From positions 8,370,001 through 8,434,000 of the forward strand of contig OZ116709.1 in NCBI GenBank assembly GCA_964199315.1: a DNA stretch of 64,000 nucleotides, given 5' to 3'. The translations under genes and the position numbers were made by a program. The DNA is from Orbicella franksi (Eukaryota). Shown one piece after another: positions 12,240-22,622 of the stretch (within the stretch, counting starts at the first letter, position 1; every line of letters starts with the position of its first letter). The notes beneath the pieces were generated by a model. That model was not told where the DNA came from. It searched no databases and was given only the letters and a program-made list of their open reading frames with translations.

Positions 12240-14095
12240 GTGGACATAACAAAACTATTAGCTGGAGATCAGATATATTGCGCAGAGTTTCCATAGCTGT
12301 TTTTAATTTTGCTGGCCAAGCTTGGGCCAACATTAACAAAAAAAAAACTGATCGGCGATGTCATCATCACCAGGTCTATCAGTCTTGTTATTCCTTACTA
12401 TTCTTTGAGGTGTGGTATGTCCCTTTGCCTTCCTCTTAATTAAATTATCAATTATCTTCCATGTAGCCTTCAAGTTATTTTCACACAAGTCAAATTTTTT
12501 TACAGAAGTAGGCTTTCTTATTAATGTTTTTGAGATGGTTTAATCTATTTGCAGTGAATAGTTTTTAAATTCACCAATTTTGACTGGGTCTTTAGATAGG
12601 TAGTGGGCCTTGTACATAGCATGTTTAGTTTTCATGGATTTCAGTATTCCCATTGAGATCCAAGGTTTTTGTGACTGCTTTTGTTTGCTTCTAGACGCTT
12701 GTTTTAGGCGTGCATGCTTATTTGCAATTGATTTAAGTGTATCAATAGTTCTAGCTGTTGCTTCATGCAAATTATTAATTTGACCAAAGATGACATCCCA
12801 ATCAACAACACGGATATCCTGAAGATATGTTTCAGGGTTAAACTTGCTGTAGTCTCTGAAGTAAAATTGCCCATTTTGTTTTTTAAGTGATGTTTCAACT
12901 GTGCAGAAAATTGGTAAATGATCTATAACCCCAGAGATCGGCCTATTAACTTTATCGGTATAGATATGATGACTAGTGATTCTAGTAGGTTTTGTTATCC
13001 GTGGTAACAGATTATGGGAGCAAAGTATGTCAGGGTATCTACCTGTTTGCAGGTGTGTGTGTGATGTTTTAAAACATCAATATTCATATCCCCCAATATA
13101 TATACTTCATATTTGATCATATTTAATTGTTCAAGGAATTCGTCAAGTATCATTGTAAATTCATCCACATTTGTAGATGGGTGCTTATAAATGCAGCCAA
13201 TCATAATACCGTAAAAATCCTCGAATTAGCGCCCGGGGTGCTTATTTCAAATTTAGGAGAAGACGAGGGGCGCTTAATCGAGGGGCGCTTATTTAATTTA
13301 TCCCAAATCGTGGCCTGACATGGTCATTTTTTATGACATCATCTGCGCTTAAACAACAACCTAAGCTGCTTAATGACATAACAAGCTGATCCTAAAGTTG
13401 ACATCGCGGCACCGTTATTACTTAACGTGTTCAACGTGTTTACTTAACGAGTTCACAAACTGAAACAATGTACAAATCTACATGACGAAAACTATACATC
13501 CTTTGTTGTCTCGTTACTCGTCCACAGAATGGGGGGTGGGGAAGAGGAGGGGGGAACTTATTTTAAATTTCGGCCGATAGGAGGGGCGCTTATTCGAAGG
13601 GGGCGCTAATTCGAGGATTTACGGTATACTTCTTATTATTACAAGGGTCAATTTCAGTCCAACATGATTCAACTGATGGGAGATCTATTTTCAGTTCAGG
13701 CCTGGGAATGGTTTTAGGAGTATCTTTAGTATAAATAACTGTGCCTCCTGCAAGGGTTGGTGAACCAGCATGAAAAAATTGTAATTGGGTAGGTATAATT
13801 GGTACACGATCCCTATTTTTCCTAACGAGAGGTTTTGGGTTTTACGTGTCCGGCTTTGGCGCATGTAGGACGTTACTTGATGTATCTGTTATTCACTTTG
13901 TTGCAAGCTTACTGTCACAATTAAAACATATCTTGGGCCTGGCTGACCAACGCGCCTATGCCTCTACCTTTGAGTGTGTTCGGTGTGTAGTGAAGGCAAA
14001 ATAGGACCCGTTAGGTAGCGATAGATCATCCTCCCTTGATAGTGAAAATATGACTAACGAACGCGAGGATAGAAATGGTTCGGACACTGGACAAC
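12240..14095 (-). mobile_element. CR1/L2-type non-LTR retrotransposon ORF2 fragment (AP-endonuclease domain and linker), decayed
   Basis: Minus strand: LPNYNFFHAGSPTLAGGTVIY...SCWTEI...IMIGCIYKHPS...ILGDMNIDVLK...GLSISD-like region...KPWISMGILKS...ATWKIIDNLI...FVNVGPSLA. The frame is broken by stops and frameshifts and by the MITE at 13209-13624. Confidence 0.88.
13209..13624. mobile_element. Tc1/mariner (pogo-like) MITE with TA target duplication, nested in the CR1 fragment
   Basis: TIRs ccgtaaaaatcctcgaattagcgccc / gggcgctaattcgaggatttacgg, flanked by TA at 13207-13208 and 13625-13626. Confidence 0.9.
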
Positions 14096-14177
14096 TCTAA
14101 TTTGAAAACGTGCGGTATTGAGAAAACATTTCCTGCTCTTTTAGAATCAATAATACTTCTTTAAAACTGAACTTAAA

Positions 14178-14491
14178 GCCCCGTCCACATTACGCTGGAG
14201 GAATTTGAAAACCGAGGTTTCACTCTACGCCGGAGGAATTTAAAAACGCAACTATCACCGTTCATTTTGGAGCAGTGTGTTTGAGGAAAACTCTGTCAGT
14301 GAAATCACATGACCATCGTGACGCCATCATTTCCTAAAAGCCGTCCACAAGAAAACGAAAAGCCGGCGTTTTCAAATTCCTCCGGTTTGAAGAGCGCTTT
14401 CGAAAAGCTGCGTTTTCATATTAGTGTGGACGGTATGCCTAACCGAAGAAAACTGCGTTTTCAAATTCCTCCGGCGTAGTGTGGATGGGGC
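14178..14491. mobile_element. MITE with long TIRs (PIF/Harbinger-like termini), copy 1
   Basis: gccccgtccacattacgctggaggaatttgaaaac ... gttttcaaattcctccggcgtagtgtggatggggc; homologous to 20452-20823. Confidence 0.85.
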
Positions 14492-15865
14492 GACACTCTT
14501 TACGTTTATAATGATATCTTCAGTTAATGACAGCCACGGTTCTCAGTTCTGACCGTTTTCGATTTGGCCTTCCACCTTGTAGAAAAGAGCTGTTAAATTT
14601 TAAAGGAGTTTTCGCGCTGAAAGAACTTTCTCGAATACAGTGATCACCCGAAATAGCAGTCAAGCGAAATTTTGCCATGCTGAAAGCGACATCATTAACT
14701 ACTCCATCTTTCAGTCAAGCTCACATTATTATTTTTTTTTTTATCATCCTGCTAATCAGAACTTTCCCTTTTCAGGTTTATGTCTTAGCTGAAAAATCTT
14801 CTCCCTTCTTTTATCCTTTGGTCAATCTATTCAAAAGAACCAAAAGTAAAGAAACTTTTTGCGGCATCCTGCCAAATATATGGCGTAAATAAATGTTTCA
14901 AATTGGAAATCCCTCAAAATCTTCTTCCTGTTTCTTACTTCTTCCGGTCCTCTTTACACCTACTGCAAGCTGTTTTCGCTGTTGTTGAACCTTTGTAACA
15001 ATTAGGTCCATTAGCTTCCTTTTCAGTCAGTAGAAGGTTACTAATATCTTATCCAAAGGACAAAGTCTGCTTATTAACCACTTTGCTAAAAACATATATT
15101 GTTTTCTTTGAAGGCTACGAAACTCAGGTGCCTGGTCTCTTATCTCTTTCCAGACCCCTCGATATCCGGTTCCTTGTCAGCTTTCGACGACCAATTTTCG
15201 CGATTACTCAACGTTTATGATACGAAATGATATGACGTAAAATATTAGCTGCCTTATCATTGGGGTGTAGCTATCAGTAAAGCTAGAAGCAATAAGCGCC
15301 AAAACCAACTGATAAGAAATTAAATATTGTTCTTTATTCTCATACTCTCGAAATGTCTTTCAAAAATTTTGACATGCAGATATCGATTCATAACACACAA
15401 AGCGCTGAATGGTTGAATTTTGCGGCTCCATTGTCTAACATAATTGAAGAGAAAACTTCTTTTGTCATACGAAGCCGAAAGTGTTTTGGAAGCGATAGCT
15501 AAATTACAATTCAGCACTTGAAAATTTCATGATACCGGCTGGCGTTTGATGAAACATTCCACATTTTTCCGTTGAGAAAGTTTGGGACGTTCCAGACAAA
15601 GGCCAAGACCTCTAGTGAGCCATAAATAACAATTTACGCCTATTTGCGCTGACGTAACAACAAATGTTTGAATTCAATTGAATGACAATTAAGTTCGGTT
15701 CCGCCAAACAAAAGAGAATTTTGCACGTCATTAGAGTGCGAAAACTCGACTATCAACAGATGTGACGGTGGACAAGGAAAGCTTTCCCTGTTTCAGTTTT
15801 CGCTGGCCGACTTCTCGACATTCCTACTCCAGAAACGAGCACGCGCATCCAGTGTATTGTTCGCC

Positions 15866-18800
15866 ATGGCATTCTCTCCTAGCGGAGACTTCTTCAGCCC
15901 CGGGGATCAAACCAGATTCGAGAATATGATGAAATTGTTGTTATTCCTGGAAGCAGAACTTCAGCTCAAGGAGGAGATTATAGATTTGTTGCTGGTTTGT
16001 ATTGTACAGTTTTGATAGCATTTTTATCGTGTTTATTGAAAAGCAGCCAAAGTACACAATCGAATATGCGGTTTGATTGAGTTCGCATTGAAAACCTTTC
16101 TCTGTTGGTATCACGATGCTCAAGCCATGATATTCTAATGTTATATTATCATGGACATGCTGCATGGACGGAAATCAGAATTTCATTTATTCTTTCTTGA
16201 ATAGAAGAAGTCTGACCGCAATTGATCGCCTTCTCCGAAGTGACTCCACTCGCCTTTCACGCGGTGTCTCGTCACGTAAGCTTATTTCAACAAGTCGTAG
16301 CATGATCGCTTCTCATAGACGAACGAATTTATGTAAACTTCGCGAAATCACACAACCCGATGCATTCATAATTTATTTATTAACTCTGTCTTGAATGTAC
16401 TCGCCGCGGAAAGCAGCGAAATTTAGATCTGATCATTCGACATCGACTTGAAAATCTTGATTGGATCAATCGCCAGTGAGTCGAAAATATCGAGGAGGGT
16501 TGGTATCTTAATTTTAGTCTTGCGATAGTGGTTTATTCGATTTGTTATTTTTTTCACCAGCGCGGGAAGCCGCACGCAAGTTGTTCGCATCTGACGACAA
16601 ATGCTTACTTACTGTGATGGACTCGGACAAATACGTGTTCCCTGGGTGGTCAATAATTACGGATGTTCGCCTGGAAGTTCCCTTTAACAAGATTTGGGAA
16701 CATTAGTTTTCCGTTCAAGATAGCGAAAACATTCATGTATAAAAATACCACGCTATATTAAAACGCAATCAATATTCGATGAAGGAAACGTAGACAATGT
16801 TGGGCATACTTTTTGTTCCTACTTCAGTTAGACCGCGAGCAGATAATGACTTGTGATCTTCAATTCAGGAAAACCGTAAAAACTTTGATCAGTGTATCGC
16901 TCTGCGTTTAGAATTCCACAGATTTTAAGGTTTCCAAAAAAAATATTTGTCTCTCTAAAAGAGGAACGCGCTCTAGATATCGCCTTGAATTGCCATTATA
17001 TTGGAGAGTATTCGAAATTATTTCAACGATATTATTAGTTGACCCGATGTGTCATCAAAGCGCTCTCGACTAAAGGTCATTATTTTGCCTTCATTTCTCT
17101 CTGTTTTATTCCACGTGAAAAGATAACTGTGTCACAAATTTCGAACTAAACAACACACGAAAAGCCTTATTTGCCGGTCACAAAAAAATTACTGAAACAA
17201 AAGATTTTAAAACCACTCTTTGATCCCCGTTGATTCTTTAAAATTGTACACATATTTTGACCCCAAGGACGTCTGTGGCGGCACGGTTTTGCTATTTCCT
17301 TTTTGTTCCAGACAAGTGGACTTTTGATCTTCATCAAATCAAGAAAATGACGTTTTGAATACTTTGAGTTATTCGGACAGCAGGGGGGTTTGGAAAAAAT
17401 AAAACACGCATCACGTGCTGGACCGGTGTGTTTTCCAACATAACTAGCGTGTGATCAAATCGATTTCTTGTTGTTTTCAGAATGCAAAGAACCCGCTTGT
17501 CATCTCATGCGAGAAGAGACTGTGCTACCTTAAATAAAATCTGCGTTGGTTTCACTCGAGTGCGTTTGGTGATCCTTTCAACCGTGAATCACTTAGGAGT
17601 CATTCAGCTACGTTTAGACCCATTTGTTGCTGTCTTTTTTGAATACAATTCTTATTTTAGTAAGCGGCTTTAGAGTTAATCCGTTTTTGTCTGAAGACTT
17701 CAAGCGTTCTGTTTTTTATTGAATCGTACAGATCGCTTGGATGCGTTCGCCATCTGTCTAATCAAGCAAAGGTTATATGCTAAAACGTTTTTTATTTATT
17801 CAGCTTAAGTGGGTATTTAAGATATTTTCGTTTCATTATTGAAGTATGGCTAACGATTGGAAATGTGAATAATGTCAATCTCCATCAACTCACATGACAA
17901 ATAGAGGACATCGACTTCTTTATTTAAAATTGGTCCGCACTGCGTACATGTGTGCTTCGCGTCCCACGGCGTTGATTAATTTTGACAGCTTTCTTTAGGG
18001 AAGGGGAGGGGAGAGTGCTCATTGGAAACGGGCCTCTTTATCCGTATAGGGTGCTGCTTTTATTTGTTAGTTCGTATAGTCTTTTTGGTTGGTTAGTTAT
18101 TTTATCTGGAATGTTTTAAAGGCCGAACACAAATCATTGTGCTGTATGAATATTATCACTAGTTCCTACTGTACTATGGAAGGCGCGGTGGCCTCGTGGT
18201 TAGTGCGCTCGTTCCCGGAGAGAGCGGTCCGGGTTCGAGCCCTGGCTGGGGACATTGTGTTGTGTTCTTGGGCAAGACACTTAACTCTCACAGTGCCCCT
18301 CTCCACCCAGGAGTATAAATGGGTACCGGCGAATTGTTGGGGAAACCTAACAAATTGCGGGGGAGTGACCTGCGATGGACTAGCATCCCGTCCAGGGGGG
18401 ATAGAAATACTCCTAGTCGCTTCATGCTACAGAAACCGGGATAAGCTCCGGCAGCTATGAGCCATTCGGCTCCAAGGCTTCACACTTTCTTTTGTACTGA
18501 GTTTCGGTTAGTTTTGAATTAAAGAAGGAAGTTTACATTGCAAACGAGTTTAAAACATGCACCGAAGACAGGAGTCTCGGCCAAGGATATCTTTAATGGC
18601 AAATTTATCGACTATTTGTCCCTTGATCTCCAGGAAGACGAAAAAAATCAGGATATTCTCAATGAAAAACTGGGTCAGCTAAACCGTAAAGAACAACACG
18701 ACCCGGTCCTAGCCCTGGGGCGAGACAACGTCTACGAGGAGGAACTTTGGGAAGAACATTTCGAAGCGTGGGAGTCTGGTAAGGACTCCTCGTTTGATCA

Positions 18801-20038
18801 CGTGGTTAAGAGCAATGCCAGTCAGCTGTGCGCAGTCGCTGCCATGAGGACAATAGAAATGGCGCAAGCGCAGCACCGGAAGTACATTAAGCCTTACAGA
18901 TCCCTTGAGAAAACTGGGAAGAGTTACAAGAAGGTAAGTACTCGGGAGACCCCGAATGACAGTCGGGTTGTTTCGTTCAGGCGTTGAGTTCCATTTCGTT
19001 TTGCCAATTCAATTCTCGCTTTCTTAAAGCTGTCACATTCACAAGGTTACGCATTCACAAGGTTAGACTGAGTTTTGTCTGTTTAGTGGGAAGAAGAAAC
19101 AAAACTACTTCTTGCAGTGTAGCATTCTGACGAAAAATGTTCCGACTCTCAATAATGGACAGTTCTCTCCATAAGACGCGCCTGCAGGGAATCATGGTAG
19201 TTACATTCATCAAAACAAATGTCCAGTCCAAGATAAAGAATACAACTACCATGATTCCCTGCGGGCATATCTCATAGAGGAAATTGGCCATTAGGTAATC
19301 ACTCAACGAAAAGAGCTGTAAGGATGTTACAGTTCACCTTTGTAACTATCTTACAACCCACTTTCATTTTTATATTAACGAAATTTGCAGAATGCGGGTT
19401 TTCTAGATACTACTGATGATGTTCCTCGAAGTGCAAGTCATCATGAAACGACGGAACTGTAATCCGGTGCCACTGCGGTTACGCTGTCTGCAACTCTTGG
19501 TTTTCGCGGTACTTAAGCTTAATTTCAGATACCACTAAGAAGTTAACATATGCATCTTGAAATGTTATCCAAATCGTCTAAAACAGCAAAGCACTAACGT
19601 ATTGTTGTTGGATAACATTTCTTGCAGTTGAAGCAGCAGTTGACTGCTAAAGAACCCAGGGTCGCGGCACAGGAAGCGAATCGGGAGACTGGATCCGAGT
19701 GGGAAATTCGGCAACTTGAAATGAAGATCGGAGAATTGCATCTCCAGATCGACTCCGAACGACAGCGAAACGAAGATTTGGAACGAAAAGTCGAAGAACT
19801 GAGCACAACGATCAACAAGGAACGAAGAAAGTGTAGAAAGATCATCGAGACGCTTGCTAATGAAGTGGAAAGGCTCACTAATTTAGTGAAAGCACAGGGA
19901 CGCAATGGACATCATTTGAATGGATTGAAATTGAACCACGATAGACAGGAAAACATCAAAATGCCAATATCGAATAATCATATGAAGACGTTTCCTATAT
20001 CCAACAATGGCGAGATGAAACAGTTCTGCGTGTTATAG
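15866..20038 (+). CDS. Short (279 aa) coiled-coil protein with a CortBP2 N-terminal domain (CTTNBP2/CTTNBP2NL/FILIP1 family-like)
   Basis: Three phase-0 exons: 15866-15994 (MAFSPSGDFFSPGDQTRFENMMKLLLFLEAELQLKEEIIDLLL, donor gtttgt), 18634-18933 (EDEKNQDILNEKLGQLNRKEQHDPVLALGRDNVYEEE...YKK, donor gtaagt), 19628-20038 (LKQQLTAKE...ERRKCRKIIETLANEVERLTNLVK...stop), 840 nt in total. LLLFLEAELQLKEEII and DPVLALGRD resemble the CTTNBP2 segments LLSVMEGELEARDLVI and DPFLALQRD. The exon 1-2 junction is inferred. Confidence 0.72.
18178..18490 (+). mobile_element. tRNA-derived SINE, copy 1
   Basis: tRNA-like head (ggcgcggtggcctcgtggttagtgcg...gggttcgagccctgg) and a body shared with 41249-41546 and 56820-57067 (ctctccacccagg..taaatgggtaccggc; gatggactagcat; aatactcctagtcgct; aaaccgggataagct). 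Confidence 0.88.
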
Positions 20039-20451
20039 AAGAAATCCCTGTAGATAGATATAAAGAGCGTCCTGCAAACTGGAGCTTTGTACAAACAATT
20101 TTCTTCGCACATCATTTACCTCAAGCTTCATCGAGTACGTTTTGTAAAGTGACTGTCACACGGGCACAGAAAACCCATTGAACTTCATATTTATGTTGTA
20201 CAGGATTGTTGTGACTGAAAGCATTCAATTCATCGAAGGTTTGCTGTTTCTGTAACCATTTTTTCAGAGTGATATTATTCATTATGAAGAGACAGAGTTT
20301 TAAAAATGATGTACAAGCTTATAACAACCGGTTTGAAGAACGGAAGCCATTGTTATCTTGTTGTGATCAGTGGACTGACCTTACCGGTAGACTGCTTATA
20401 ATATATTTGATGGTTTGATCTGAATACCGACTCAAAACATAATCCACTCGC

Positions 20452-20823
20452 GCCCCGTCCACACTACGCCGGAGAAATTTGAAAACGGGGTTTTCACTCT
20501 GAAAACGCATCAAATGTTCTCCGTCCACACTACGCTGGAGAAATTTTGAAAACGTAACAATCACCGGTCATTTTGGATTTATGTTTCAGGAAAACTCGAG
20601 TAGGGAAATCGCATGGTTATCGTGATTTCACTCTTTTCGAAAAGCCCCGTTTTCAAAATGTTTTCCGTCCACGCTAAAACGCAAAGCCGGTGTTTTCAAA
20701 TTCTTCCGGTTTGAAGAGCCTTTCGAAAAGCTCTGTTTTCGTAACGGATTAGTGTGGACGGTAGGCCTAACCGTAGAAATTAAGCTGCGTTTTCAAATTT
20801 CTTTGAAAAGGTGTAGACGGGGC
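20452..20823. mobile_element. MITE with long TIRs (PIF/Harbinger-like termini), copy 2
   Basis: gccccgtccacactacgccggagaaatttgaaaacg ... cgttttcaaattt...gtgtagacggggc; same family as 14178-14491. Confidence 0.85.
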
Positions 20824-21491
20824 CTCAGTGAGAATAGTAGTAGAATTTGTATGAGCAAGTTTGGAAGTAAACAGTTTATCCACTATTCTAACAAAACACT
20901 TGAGAATATTTTGAACAATTTGCCTCTTAACAACCCAGTGGCCAAAAAACTGCCGGAAAGCAACGCGTTCGACGCATTTTTACTTCAGAGCTGCCGACAA
21001 ATCACAACAACCGAATATTACCGATTTGTATTCGTCGTATCGTCGAGTGGCACTCGGCTCCAGTCGTCTACAGTCGTGATAATCATTGCCAACAAACCAC
21101 TGGTCGATGTTTGAATTCGTTCGCGTTTTTTAAAACGTTTGCAAAACGCGTCTCGTTTCGAGCAAACTTTAACATGGTGAATAAAGTGAAACAGTTGTTG
21201 AAACTATACCGTTGTCTCAAGTCCCCTGTTTGGTTAACTTGTTAGTGTTTTTTTCAGTTTCCTTCTTTCACATTAAACAATAAAATTGTTTTAAATTTAC
21301 CGTTTTTGTTTAGGAATCTAATATCTGGCTCGATTATCTCTTGTTACTCTTAGAATCCGTGTGCATCGGTCATTTAATGTGGTTTTCAGTTCAATCTTTC
21401 ATTCTAGGAACCAAACTCTTGTGAGTAGCCTTCTAAACTGAAAGCTATCGAGTAATACAGCCGTTCGAATGAAAGCCATCAATCACTGTTC

Positions 21492-21705
21492 TTTTATGTG
21501 GAACTGGTATATTATACTTTATACCATGCCATAGAAAATACAGCCAATCAGAAGGCTGTTGTATATTCGACATTATTACATCCAACCCTCCCATCATGCG
21601 CCGCGGGGAAAGTCGCGTAAAGGGTCGTTTGTATGCCTAGAAAACACAAGTGACTCGTGGGATATTTCATGGTATACCACTCCAAAGCGTTGCATAACTA
21701 GTATG
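21492..21705 (+). repeat. Non-autonomous repeat containing a CCAAT motif; partial second copy at about 24030-24095
   Basis: gaaaacacaagtgactcgtgggatatttcatggtataccactccaaagcgttgcataact matches gaaaatacgagtgacttgtgggatgttacatggtacaccaaacaaaagcgttgggtaact. Confidence 0.6.
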
Positions 21706-22449
21706 TACAATGTGGTTCAAGGTGGTGTGGTCAAGTCTTGACCTTTTAATGAAAGCTATCGAGCAATACTTCTATGTGGAACTGCCTCTGAGTCTGTCAA
21801 TATTCAAAGAAATGAAATCTGGGATAATTAGCCAAAATATAGGTACTTTAAAAAAGAAAAGGGCTAGGTTGTTTCGTCTTTCAAGTAGAGACATCACGGC
21901 CAAGCCCATCTAGGCGAGCTTATAATCGAAAGTGATATCCTTCAAAAGATAAATCTGAATATAAGCTCACGGCCTTATTTTCGTAGGGGTGGGCGAGAGA
22001 AAGACTTACCATCGGAACTTTACGGTATTTCTTCCAGTTCTTGACTGATTGTTTTACAGTTATTTTGATGCCCGCCCTGGGAGTTTAGTAGCCTGAATTT
22101 TAGTCTTCTATCGATTCCTAGACTCCCAAAAGGAGTGTTGGAATCAACTAGATGGCTGAAGTTAGACTGAGTCTAGCGCCACCTGCTTGCTTGGATTGTT
22201 TACTATGAATAACAAGCTTATCACTCTTAGAGATTAAATGACCCCCTTAAATAACCCTTTTGGGTAAGACAACTTAACAGGTACTTTGATTGCGGTTTTG
22301 TACACGTTGTAAATCGGCAATTAATTACACGGAAAAGAAATTCCTGTTCTGGAAGTGTTCATTATTTCTAGCATTCATCGTACTCATTGTCTTCAATATG
22401 ATTCTGTGAACGTCAAAAAAGTACCAATTATCCTATTTATGTCGAAGGC

Positions 22450-22530
22450 GTTGATTGGTCAACAGCCAAGCTCTGCGGGCGGCAGGTGGCGCGATAATTA
22501 AAACTAGAGTAATTCTGATTGGCTGGTGAT
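22450..22530 (+). promoter_or_regulatory. Putative TRAF-A core promoter (inverted CCAAT boxes and a CAGGTG E-box)
   Basis: ttgattggtc at 22451, ggcaggtg at 22481 and ctgattggct at 22515, about 100-170 nt upstream of ATG 22623. The same motif order occurs upstream of TRAF-B. Confidence 0.45.
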
Positions 22531-22622
22531 GAAGAAGTCAAATTAGTGTACCTTTTTCAGCGATGTTTTGCTTATTATGTTCGTTTGAGAGTGTTTGATT
22601 ACATTCTGTGCTTGAATTTCAA

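Noticed and set aside
16673-16682. NF-kB-like sites (GGGAACTTCC on the minus strand here; similar at about 32322, 39114 and 53862)
   Set aside because: Degenerate 10-mers are expected by chance in 64 kb and are not clustered at the inferred promoters.
18089-18460. 123-aa ORF and its relative at 41174-41428
   Set aside because: Both are read-throughs of the same SINE family, which explains their mutual similarity.
19391-19460. Extra exon for the CortBP2-like gene (and candidates at 16164-16275 and 17481 onward)
   Set aside because: Splice phases do not fit the phase-0 flanking exons, or in-frame stops occur; they could only be UTR or alternative exons.
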